NCBI RefSeq assembly: GCF_001194135.2
Contig: NC_068991.1
Location: forward strand, 31,137,687 to 31,177,182
DNA length: 39,496 bases
Origin: Octopus bimaculoides
Taxonomy: Eukaryota
Reading direction: 5' to 3'
Below are positions 9,481 through 20,532 of the stretch, piece by piece. Every line of letters starts with the position of its first letter. Position 1 is the stretch's first letter. The notes under the pieces were generated by a model, which was not told the DNA's origin, made no database searches, and worked only from the letters and a program-made list of their open reading frames with translations. Both the position numbers and the translations under genes were made by a program.

Positions 9481-11659
9481 GACAATTCTGCCTATTATGT
9501 AGTTTGAATGAGAAATTGTAACTAAAGATTAAGATTATTAACCCACAGAGAAAGGAAAGAAGAGAGAGAGCATAGCGACGGTTTCGGTAGATTGTCATCC
9601 TGTACCCATCTTGTTGTTAGCGAAGTGGCATGTGCCGGCTGTCTGAGCAACTGGTTGTTTTAATGGGGGAACAAACAGGACATAAAGATTACAAAAATAG
9701 CTATTCTCACTTTGAAACTAACAATTTTGAAAATCTTTTTAGATCACGGAACGCCTCGCTCTCTCATGTATCCATGTTTAAAATTTCATTGCGATCGGAT
9801 GAACAATACTCGAGTTATAAGTGCACAAACAGACAGACAGAATAGATTTCATATATTAAGAAGATCACATACTTAATGTTTGTGTGTTTTTAAACCTTAG
9901 TAACTGCAGTATTTCGTCTGGAAGTAAACGAGAACAATATTTATCGGTTTTCCGCTGCTCATCAGTGTCGTGTACTTGCCCTACTTTCGAAACGAATCAG
10001 AAATAGCCAGCGAGAATTATACACTAGCAGTTTAAAATGTATTTGCTGAAGTGTAATAGCGCTGCATAAGTATAACAAAATTCAAATTTTGCGTTCGAAG
10101 TAGCTCAGTAATGTAAACATCAATATCGCATACTATGTCTATACATTTATACATATTATGTTGTCTATTCCTTGATACATATTGTGTTTAAATACTTATG
10201 CTTTTATACATATATTTATATTTATATTTTTTGTATTCTCTCAATACATCTATTTATATTGTGTCTGAAGAGATTTATTTGAATAACGTGGCTGCAGACA
10301 AGACTCATTCAGTTTTACCTAGAAACCGCACTTTTCTAATGTAGTTAATATGGGACGTCTATTATGAGTTACATCACTTTTATTGATGGGAATTTAATTA
10401 ACATCTAATTAATAGGCTCTATGTTACTTAATATATGTGCTCACTGCTAGAAATAGCAGCACAATCTCTTTCAAATCAAATCATTCCTAAAGAATCAGGG
10501 CGTCATCCCACAGTCGTAGAAACGGGGCAGTTCATTGGATAATGTATCCTGCCGTCATATATTAGACAATGTGGCCACGGGTTGGATACTGTTTCTCCAT
10601 TAAAGTTGGCCTGGAACTGAATAACAGCAACAAACAACATAGAAATAAAGCCACTTCTATTTAAACTAAATTTATCGAAGGAAGTTTTCAAATTACCAAA
10701 TTTTTCTATAATTGTATAAATATTATTACTAGTCACGTACATGTTAACATATGTAAAGTAATCACTTTATCTCGAGATTCTTCCATATTGTTTTTACAGG
10801 AGCAACTTTCGGTAGACGTCTTATATTTTCCGGCTAAAAGTTATAATAGGTCCCTTTGAAGTGAAAATTGTAAATCTTGCTTTTACTGGAGTTATTTCAT
10901 CTAACTTTGCCACCCCACCACTACCGTAAATAACATATTAGCTTAAATATTTCTGTTTTCCTTTAGTATTGAATTTATATTTGTTTATCTGTTATTTTTC
11001 TGTTTTTATCTTATTTTTATTTTCTTTATATGTTATCGTTGGATCTTCCTGTGTGTTTTCTTCTCTCAATTCTTTCACATTATTTACATTGTATACAATT
11101 GCTTTACGATCATATTTTCTCTTCTTATTAACAAAAAACTTCACATAATTTACGGGTTCTTTTTTAAAATATATGATGCAATTTTACTGTAAATAATTTA
11201 TATACCAAATTAAATTTTTCAAAAGAAAATATTTTAAATTTTGAATTTATCTTATATTCTTTTACTAAATTTCAGATTTTTTTCAGGAATCCAATATTTA
11301 TGTTTTCCTTTTCAGGATATTCAAATCCAGTCTTTTCATTTAGATTTGTAATTATAGTTACGTACACTATTTGTGTACCAATGCATTCATCAAATTCGTC
11401 ATCCTCGTCCGATATAGCGGATACTTTTCTAGATAATGAAAATAAAGAAACCATAGGGTACTTTCTATACACCATTAAATATACAGATCCTCTATCTTTA
11501 AGCTATAAAAACAGTTAAATTCATCTCAAACTGGACCCTTCCAGCTAATGGTAAGATATGAGTATTGTCTGGATGCATTATTTCAAAAATGAATTGGGAT
11601 GGTCGTAGGTCAACGCAATCAGGATAAACCTGTGGAAGCAACAACTGCATGTGTGTTGT

Positions 11660-11660
<1 letters not shown>

Positions 11661-11743
<83 letters not shown>
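11661..11743. repeat. (CA)n microsatellite
   Basis: Long perfect CA array. Confidence 0.98.
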
Positions 11744-11747
<4 letters not shown>

Positions 11748-13011
11748 CTATATACATATATTGCAAAACTGAGTATAAGTTACTGTATTTCCTTTCAAGT
11801 CGTTTTCAGATGCCGTCTAACCGCAACAGTCCGTATTTATTACTCCAGCTTACAATGAACTGATAGGGCCAGGTAACTTCTCTCGCTGGGTAATTCAGTG
11901 TGTCCTGTACAGGATTGCATATATTCCGTAGAGTAATTAATAATATTAATAATGATAATATTGATAATGATAATATTATCAATTACTCTACGGATCATTT
12001 CCAATCTCCTTATCATTATTAATATATATACACATGTATTTCCATCTTTGAACGTCTTTCTGTCAACACTTCAAATGTAAGCTCACTTCCCTTAAGACGG
12101 AGGCGCGTCTCATCCGACGGTGGAATCAATCTACAAATATTATTTTGAACCACTGAGCTGTTGGATTTGTAATACTTTTCTTCTATAACATTAACACTTG
12201 ATATCCTTTCTATTCAGTCCCACGGGGTGGAACTTAACCAGAAACCACGTGGCTATGAAACGAATATTCTAACCACATGCACAACTGTACTTGATCAAAT
12301 ATATATATATATATACTAGAAGCAACAGAGTGACTCAAAGTTTGAGACTTTCTTGTGTTGGTACTTATCAAACTAGTTACAGGTTGAAGGTCTGCGTGTT
12401 TATATAGCTGCTAATAAACAAATATATTTCCCTATATTCGTTCTAGAACGAATTATAATAATATCACGTCGATAATTCAAAAAATTTGAAAGTTTGCTCG
12501 TTATGTCCTTCATAAGTAAATACATAGGTAAATAAGAAAGACTCAAGAAGTGCATATATGCATGCAAACCCATACGCCTAATTCAATTGAACTTTGTCAT
12601 ATGTATGTATGTGCGAATTTCGCGGGGTTGTTTTCATTTGATATGAGTACCTGTGTATGTGTGTGTGTGTATATGTGAGTATGTGTATGCATATGTGACA
12701 TCACACACAATATTAATTTTTGCTTTTCGCTTTCTCTCTTTGTTTCTTTCTTATTTACCTATGTATTTCCTTATTGAATGACATAACAGGCAAACTTATG
12801 AATTGTCTTAATCATCCACGTAACATTATTACAATTCGTATTCTGTGTAAGTCGGACATTTTGTATGTAAACATATATAAATTTTTTGTATTGCATGTAT
12901 TAATAAAATAAAACTTTATATAGTGATCTATCTAACTTGACTACCCCTACATTTATATAAATATATATATGTATGCATCTATGTTTGTATACATATATGT
13001 ATGCATGTATG

Positions 13012-13046
<35 letters not shown>

Positions 13047-13514
13047 CAAAATGGGACAAGGACGCAAAACATCCAGACAGTTAGGTGATACAAAAAAGGG
13101 ACAACAAAACATCCAAATAGACGATACAAAGAAAACAAGGACGGTTCATTCGGAGTTTTCTTTCCTCAGTCGAGTTCCAGATTATCTTTGCAATTTCGGC
13201 TGGTTATACTCGAGATTGCTCGACTAAGGACGAACTAAATTAAGCTGGCGTGTGTGGAAATAAAGCAATACGGCAGGGGTACAAGATTTCACAGGCACAG
13301 GGAGGAATATAAATGTTGCTCGGACGACGGCCGAACTAAGAAAGAAAGATCAGGCTTGGCCGATTCACGTGGGGAGAGAGAGAGAGGTAGAAGCAGAAGG
13401 ACAGAAGAATTAAAGAGGGGCGAAAAAGATGGCAGGGACACAGTGAAGTGAAAAGAGGAGAGAAAGTGAGCAAGAAGAGAAGGGAGGGAAATGTGAGAGA
13501 GGGGGAACGAAAGA

Positions 13515-13665
13515 ACCTAGCGGTTCGGCAAATGAGACCGATTGAATAAGTACTAGGCTTACAATGAATAAGTCTTGGAGTCAATTTGCTCGACTAAAGG
13601 CGGTGCTCTAGCATGGCCACATTCAAATGGCTGAAACAAGCAAAAGAATAAAAGAACAAAGAATA
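13515..13665 (+). mobile_element. SINE family W 3' half
   Basis: CTAGCGGTTCGGCAAA...AATAAGTACTAG...GGCGGTGCTCTAGCATGGCCAC...TGAAACAAGCAAAAGAATAAAAGA; homologous to 15435-15560 (-) and 23845-23965 (+). Confidence 0.7.
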
Positions 13666-13694
13666 CATATCTGTCTATCTATCTCATCTCTCTC

Positions 13695-13970
<276 letters not shown>

Positions 13971-13971
13971 T

Positions 13972-14070
13972 GAGTGGATTTTTTCAGTTTCCGTTTTCCA
14001 TATCCACCAACATAGCACTGCTCGGCACGGGGCTATAGCAGAAAACGCTTGCCCAACGTGGGACTGAACT
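13972..14070 (-). mobile_element. SINE family W 5' fragment
   Basis: TTTCAGTTTCC...GGCTATAGCAGAAAACGCTTGCCCAA...GGGACTGAAC, homologous to 15650-15760. Confidence 0.6.
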
Positions 14071-14153
14071 CGCGATATATCAAGTCATACATAAGTTCTG
14101 TCCGAATTTTGAATAAAGAAAACAAGTGATCAAATATTGTATTTAATTGAAAT

Positions 14154-15270
14154 TTAACAATCAATGTACTTTCCCTGATTATCTATGTCTTCCTTCCATC
14201 TATTTACAAGCTTTTTAATCCCATCAATCTAAAACTCTTTTGGTTTCAAAGCGAAGAACTCTGGCTTGCGAAATTTATGTCCCCAAAATGATTCTGTAAA
14301 CTACGAAACAAATGGTAGTGTGACGAAGCAAGGTCGGGAGAATAAGGTAGAAGAGGAATTTTTTCCCAATCAAGCTCTTCGATCTTCTGTGATGTGATCT
14401 TTGCAGTATGGGGTCGCGCATTGTCCTTATGAAATATCACTCCTTTTCGATTCACTAAAGCGGGGTCTTTTCTCTTCAAAGCTTGGTTCAAACGCTCTAA
14501 TTGCTGACAGTAGACTTGAGCATTGATTGTTGCATTAGGTGGTAACAATTCAAAGTGAATTACTCCTTTGCAGTCCCACCAGATAGAGAGAAGAACCTTT
14601 TTCCCTTGAAGTTCCCTTCTTGGTTGTGGCTGAGCTTTTTCTCTTTTACCAAGCCACTGTTTACGACGTTTAACATTTCNNNNNNNNNNNNNNNNNNNNN
14701 NNNNNNNNNNNNNNNNNNNNNNNNNNNNNNNNNNNNNNNNNNNNNNNNNNNNNNNNNNNNNNNNNNNNNNNNNNNNNNNNNNNNNNNNNNNNNNNNNNNN
14801 NNNNNNNNNNNNNNNNNNNNNNNNNNNNNNNNNNNNNNNNNNNNNNNNNNNNNNNNNNNNNNNNNNNNAGTTCGCGAGAATGGGGAGAACAGCAGATGTC
14901 AACTCTGGATTTGCGGTTGCTTTTGGACAATTCATGAGACACCTATTTTCCAAGTTTAGGAACCTTTCCAAGTTGTTGAAGATGACGATGAACAGTTGTA
15001 TGGTTTGAACTAAGCTTTATTGCCAATTCTTCAACTGATAATGCAAGATTTTCTTCAAGTATTGCCTCAAGGAGCTTATCATCAAACTCAACTGGACGTC
15101 TTGTTCGATCTTCATCTTCTGAATTTTGCAAACCATCCTCTGCAAGTTCTTTCATTCAAGCATTCTTTCCCATAAACTGAGTGTATGTTTCGAGTCGCTT
15201 CGGCTGCAGAGTTTCCTTTTTTGTACTCATAAAGCATAATGTGCTTCAAATGCTCTTTGAATACTTCCAT
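14154..15270 (-). pseudogene. Mariner transposase pseudogene
   Basis: MEVFKEHLKHIMLYEYKKGNSAAEATRNI...WFAKFR / DEDRTRRP...LGK*VSHELS / KKVLLSIWWD...GVIFHKDNARPHTAK...YSPDLASSHYHLFRSLQN / DGIKKLVNRW...GKYIDC*. Contains a stop, frameshifts and an internal N gap. Confidence 0.93.
14680..14868. other. Assembly gap inside mariner
   Basis: 189 N. Confidence 1.
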
Positions 15271-15434
15271 GTTAGAAAGGGTTTTAATCAAAGAACTTTT
15301 AATTTTATTATTCTGTAAAGTAATATTTAATTAGTTTAAATGTACACAAATGCATAAAAATATTTTTTAATTCCTTTAAACATTCTAAAATACTATTAAA
15401 TTTTATTCTATTTTAAAAAAGGTAAAATCGGACA

Positions 15435-15790
15435 TGTGGCCATGCGGTAGCACTGCCTTGAATTTTTACTTGAATCTATCGACCTAGTACTTATTTCTTA
15501 AAGCCTGATACTTATTTTATCCGTGTCTTTTGCCGAACCGCTAGATTATGGGGACGTAAACACACCAGCACCGGCTGGTGAGACAGCACAAACACTAAAA
15601 CACACACATACATACCTGTATATATATATATATATATATGACAGGCTTCTTTCAGTTTCCTTCTTCCAAATATACTCACAAGTCTTAGATCAGCCTGAGG
15701 CTATAGTAGAAGACACTTTCGCAAAATGCCACGCAGTGAGACTGAACTAGGAACTATGTGGTTGGAAAGCAAGCTTCTTACCACACACAC
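15435..15790 (-). mobile_element. tRNA-derived CORE-type SINE family W with internal microsatellite
   Basis: Minus-strand head GTGTGGTAAGAAGCTTGCTTTCCAACCACATAGTTCCTAGTTCAGTCTCAC, CORE-like GTGGCATTTTGCGAAAGTGTCTTCTACTATAGCCTC, internal (TA)n. Confidence 0.78.
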
Positions 15791-15999
15791 TAATATATAT
15801 ATATATATATAATATATACATACACACGCGCGAGCGCACACACATGCAGACACAAACCTACATGTTTTTATTTACTTCTTTCAGTTTGTCTATCTACTGC
15901 TTTTTACACACATACATACACGTATACATACACGCTAGCAAAGAAAGAGGTGTATAATACATGTATGCCGATTGTATGTCTATACTTATATATCTATAT

Positions 16000-16060
16000 G
16001 CACGTCTGTATATGTACACACACGTACAGACACACGCACACACACACACACACAAACACA

Positions 16061-16097
<37 letters not shown>

Positions 16098-16112
16098 GCA
16101 CGCACACACACA

Positions 16113-16147
<35 letters not shown>
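16000..16147. repeat. (CA)n-rich microsatellite
   Basis: Direct reading. Confidence 0.95.
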
Positions 16148-16534
16148 GTATCATGTTTAAAAGAGAGCTGGACAGAACGAGGGAGACAGAGAGGGCGAAA
16201 CTCAAAGTGCTATATCATAATTACTTTATTGCAGATGAAGAAATATGGAAGTCCCGAGCGAAATATCATCTTAATTTAAATCTAACACCTCATATTCTCA
16301 CACTAGTGTTTCATTGCTAACCTATCACGATTATATCACTGTGAAATATCAAACGTATTTCTACAATCAGCCAGAATATGGATCTCCTCAGAGGAGACTG
16401 TCTCCATTTCATCAATGGCACTTGATTGTAGTTATCTTATGGAGATCTGAAATTTGAAGACGTCGCATTTCCCGGTCGTACGTCTCACTATCATAGCAGT
16501 GGTATAGAAGTTGATAAGTCGAAAGTTGATATCG

Positions 16535-16537
16535 TTC

Positions 16538-16578
<41 letters not shown>

Positions 16579-16585
16579 CTATCTA

Positions 16586-16629
<44 letters not shown>

Positions 16630-16879
16630 CCTCTTTATCTCTCTCTCTCTCTCTCTACCTTTTTCTCTCACTATCTTACACACATTCCGTTCTCTCCATT
16701 TCTTTCTTTCTTTCTGTCTGTCTCTTTCTCTTACATACAATCCACTCTCCCTCTCACAATCTACACTCTCTCCCTCTCTCTTTCTCTCTTACACACAATC
16801 TACTCTCTCCTTCATTCTCTCTCTGTTTCTCTCTCTCTCTCTTATTCACATAATTCACTCTCTCTTCCTCCTTCCTTCC

Positions 16880-16967
<88 letters not shown>
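16535..16967. repeat. (CT)n polypyrimidine/low-complexity tract (~430 bp)
   Basis: Direct reading; explains the SL-repeat ORF 16511-17017. Confidence 0.95.
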
Positions 16968-16970
<3 letters not shown>

Positions 16971-17619
16971 ATCTGTCTCTCTTCCTCAGCATATTTGCAC
17001 GTACATACTTACTGTAGATATATATCTACGTATGTATTTATATGTTTGTAGTGTCGGTTTTTATGTATGTACTCGTAAGTTTGTATGTGCTTGTTTGCTT
17101 GAATGTATGTATTTGAGTATCTAGAACAATATTTTCCTACGTATCCTTCGTTTTTAAGATGTTAAAGTCTGATTTCAGTGGAGTTTGGCTGCTAATTTTA
17201 GCAAGTCGTAAAACAGCATAGAGGTTCCTTTTTTGTCTGAAGATAAGAAATTTAAGATAGACCTGATTGTAAAACTATAGAGAATGTTTACTAAAAACAC
17301 CGCTAAATGTTAAGAATATTTACTAAAACCATGCAAAGATCAATCGAGGAGGGGATCGACAAATATCTCTGCCTAAAAACACAGAGACCTGCTTAAATTA
17401 TATTAAAATGGGAAAACATGAGAGGAAAATATGGAGCAAGGGAAAAGGAAGACAAAACGGATAAAGAAAGAGACAAAGAGTCATGATAGGAAAAAATGAA
17501 GACATTAAAGAATATGAGGAAGAAGAGAGGAGAGTGTAAAATGGAGGTTCTTGAGCATTATCACATGTCTCATCATCTTTATTGAACTTCATTCTTCTAA
17601 TCTCTACCACTACTCTACC

Positions 17620-17622
17620 ACG

Positions 17623-17665
<43 letters not shown>

Positions 17666-17666
17666 T
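17620..17666. repeat. (CTA)n microsatellite
   Basis: Direct reading. Confidence 0.95.
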
Positions 17667-18259
17667 CATTATCGCTATCACTAATTCTATGCAACTGTGT
17701 TGAATGAAACAAACAAGAACAGAAGAGAGGAGGAAGTGGAGTAAAGGAGAGGAAGTCGAAAAGAGTTGTTTCGTATATTTTCTTGCTTGTAATTCGTTAC
17801 CAATTATATATCAGCTGTCACTCGGTTGCCTGATTCAAACAGTATGATGAGAACAATTCTTTGACGGAACATTTAATTTGAATGAAGGAATCAACAAGTA
17901 GAAATACACAAGTCTCTTCTGAGAAACAAAAAATGTCAAGAAAGACTTGAAGGCCGAACTCTGAAAAGAATCTAATTGTATTCTTTCTAGTATAATAGAA
18001 TTCTTTAATACCAGACACCTACAGTTCCCGACACACACAAATAAACCGCTTTTTTTCTGTTTGTTATTGTCCACTTGAAGAAACTGTCATTTTTTATTGT
18101 TTTTTTGTTTTGGTTTTGTTTTGTTATTGTCCACTTGAAGACACTTTCGTTTTATGTATTTCTAATATAGTTAAATGTTCTTTACCGGAGCTGTTCTTTG
18201 GCATAAATTTGACAACTTCCAAACCACACTTAATATTGAAGAAGATGCGTATGGTGGGT

Positions 18260-18392
18260 ACCGAATAGGTGGAGCGGCCGACAAGGTGCCTTGCAGTATT
18301 TTAATCATGCCCTTTTACTTACATGTTTAGTTCTCGTGTTACTGAGGTCAAGTCTTTCATTTTTTTAAGGGTCGATAAATTAAGTACGAATG
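18260..18392 (+). mobile_element. Highly decayed SINE family Y copy
   Basis: GAGGTCAAGTCTTTCAT...GGGTCGATAAATTAAGTAC resembles the central domain of the 18946 and 30291 copies. Confidence 0.4.
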
Positions 18393-18945
18393 TGACGTGT
18401 AATCTTTTATGCATATATTTTAGAATATATTATGGCGAACTCTGTTATCACATGCTTGTATAAATAGTAGTGGAGCAGTTTAGTTCCAGATAAACCTTCA
18501 TGGGGCAGATATGCAATGGAAGTGAATTCGATTGAGTCTATTCTGTCTTCATTTCAATTGTAATAAAAACCATATATAAGAATTATTGGTAAATTTATAG
18601 TGTCACACCAGACTCGTTTTCCATAGTAAATAATTTTTTCCCGTGGCTTTTTTTGTGGGGTGCAATTGTCTTAGCTGGCCTCATAAGCTGTCGGAAATGC
18701 ATTCTTTCTGCGGAAAACGGAGGAGGAGGAGGAGGCAAAACCTCAATGCGGTGCAGCAACACTGAAGACCACAATGGCAGGCCTCCTTGTGAGAACAATT
18801 AAAATAAGCGTGATAAACCAGTGAATTAAAGTTTACTAAAGAAAATTCTTTAAATTTAAATAAAATACTTTTTGAAACAATAATGAAAAAAATGCAGTCG
18901 ATTTAACAGGGATTACACTGGTATGAATGACTCGGTAAATAATAA

Positions 18946-19158
18946 TCCTTTCTACTAAAGGCACAAGGCCTGAAATTTTGTGGGAGGGGACTAATCGATC
19001 TTGCCGACCCCAGTGTTTCACTAGTACTTAATTTATCGACCCCGAAAGGATGAGCGGTAAAGTTGACCTTGGCAGAATTTGAACTCAGAACTTAAGGACA
19101 GAGGAAATGCCGCGAAGCATTTTGCTCAGCGTGGAAACGATTCTGCGAGCTCGCTGCC
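18946..19158 (-). mobile_element. tRNA-derived SINE family Y
   Basis: Minus-strand head GGCAGCGAGCTCGCAGAATCGTT...CTGAGTTCAAATTCTGCC, central CATCCTTTCGGGGTCGATAAATTAAGTAC, TTA tail; homologous to 30291-30498. Confidence 0.82.
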
Positions 19159-19232
19159 TTAAACTTATCAAATAATAATTACAATGGTATCAACAGAATT
19201 CGTTTTCACATATAAACAAATATCAGTGAAGG

Positions 19233-19386
19233 AACATTACTTACATTATCTACATTTGACGGATATTTGTCCTCATCTTGTTTGTTGTTAACACAACATT
19301 GCGGCTGATATACCCTCCAGCCTTCATCAGGTGACTTGGGGAAATTCCGAAAATGGGTTGTCATTCCTAAGGTATTTTTCGAGGTT
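19233..19386 (-). mobile_element. Hammerhead-containing body B, copy 2 (inverted, core mutated)
   Basis: Minus strand GTCAC-CTGATGA-A-GGCTG..CAGCC-GCAAT-GTT-GTGTT; GAAAC is changed to GCAAT. Confidence 0.88.
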
Positions 19387-19390
19387 ATTA

Positions 19391-19422
<32 letters not shown>

Positions 19423-19932
19423 GAGTGAGAGAGCAGTGGATGCCATCAAAGTCACACTGGGGTAAAATATACGAAGCCCAATATACCCATCATGACTACC
19501 CGTCTGATAAAGGTACACCAGGCACATGCATCACAACCATATGTTGCGTGACATGGTGATCTCATATCAAGATAAACAGCGCATGACTTCGCAGGTGGGG
19601 CCCCGTTAGAATTTTCTTCAGGTCGAGTAGCCCATCCCGCTCAAAAAATCCCTGAATAAGGTTCGTTTAAAGATGTTGCGCAAAACACCCATGTTTCCAA
19701 AGGTGAATTATTCAAACCCCAACGAATTCCTCTCAACACATGGCTATGACGCTCCCCCACTAATTCTGCTTATGATCAGAGATGCACATATCATCGGCCA
19801 CGAAAGGACATGCTCAACTGGTTAAGGTCAAACAACTGACAAGCAAATCTGTGGTATTGAGCAGAATATTTGCTGTAGCCCATCTTTTTATACCAAGACA
19901 AAACAATGTACATGATAAAACGTCCAATCAAT
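19423..19932 (-). mobile_element. ~510-bp non-coding retroposon (family X) with TAA tail
   Basis: Reverse complement aligns along its length with 30593-31114. Both copies end CTCTCTCACTC followed by (AAT)n. Confidence 0.85.
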
Positions 19933-19953
19933 TAATTAATTAATTACTGCCTA

Positions 19954-20027
19954 GGCATATAGCGTAGTAGTTAAGAGCGCGGACTACTAACCCCAAGATT
20001 TCGAGTTCGATTCCAGGCAGTGGCCTG
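19954..20027 (+). mobile_element. tRNA-derived Pol III head H, copy 2
   Basis: GGCATATAGCGTAGTAGTTAAGAGCGCGGACTACTAACCCCAAGATTTCGAGTTCGATTCCAGGCAGTGGCCTG, followed by (AAT)n. Confidence 0.85.
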
Positions 20028-20063
20028 AATAATAATAATAATAATTATAATAATAATAATAAT

Positions 20064-20520
20064 AAATGTTTATTAATTGACATGAGTATTCTTTGCGATC
20101 ACAATATAGCGGCGAAAGAATTTGACAAGATCAGTAAATATAAAGACTTGCTAAAAGAAATTGAAAAAATGTGGCATCTCAAGGCGACTACCGTACCAGT
20201 GATTGTAGGATCTCTAGGAATGATAAAAAGAAAAAGGCACTGAAACCTATTTGAAAATGATACCAGGCTTACCATCCCTGCAGGAAGTGCAAAAAATCGT
20301 GATAACTGGAACAAGTCATCTACTGAGAAGAGCATTATCGCTGTGAAAACAACATCCATTCATGAATTTATTTATTTATTTATATTTTTTACATACATAT
20401 TTTACCTATAAATTTACGTGTGTAAACTGGGAATGCATACAATGAGCTTCTCTGCCCTAGGTGTACGGAAAACACTCGGCAAGAAATGGAAGAAAATTTG
20501 AAGAAAGAAGAAAAAAAGAC
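20064..20520 (+). mobile_element. 5'-truncated R4/Dong LINE 3' end (second family)
   Basis: KCLLIDMSILCDHNIAAKEFDKISKYKDLLKEIEKMWHLKATTVPVIVGSLGMIK / GTETYLKMIPGLPSLQEVQKIVITGTSHLLRRALSL*, then a ~175-bp 3' UTR. Flanked on both sides by (TAA)n; homologous to ORF 146-496. Confidence 0.9.
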
Positions 20521-20532
20521 ATAATAATAATA

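Larger units (their letters stand above)
7847..9864 (-). mobile_element. Helitron internal-deletion derivative
   Basis: Candidate 5' end A|TCTTCTTAATATATG...CTGTCTGTCTGTTTGT at 9864 (minus), an internal (CA)n tract, and a RepHel N-terminal coding remnant. Candidate 3' CTAG|T at 7847-7850; this end is less certain. Confidence 0.65.
14079..15434 (-). mobile_element. Near-full-length mariner element (Hsmar1/SETMAR-like transposase)
   Basis: Left TIR CATAAGTTCTGTCCGAATTTT. The right TIR remnant AAAATCGGACA is cut by a SINE insertion. About 1.35 kb with a transposase remnant. Confidence 0.93.

Noticed and set aside
10799-10860. Plus-strand acceptor TTTTTACAG|G
   Set aside because: All frames close within 20 codons and there is no convincing donor.
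13141-13210. CTGAGGA...CCGAA hammerhead-like motif on the minus strand
   Set aside because: No valid helix II closing pair and no GAAA-helix III; the surrounding 13035-13225 looks like a repeat but cannot be classified from one copy.
18055-18145. 22-bp direct repeat TTTGTTATTGTCCACTTGAAGA (similar short duplications at ~35795, ~36435 and ~39155)
   Set aside because: Ordinary local slippage duplications without further structure.
19954-20027. Functional tRNA gene
   Set aside because: A and B boxes and an anticodon arm are present, but there is no proper acceptor stem; it runs into (TAA)n and is a repeated SINE head.
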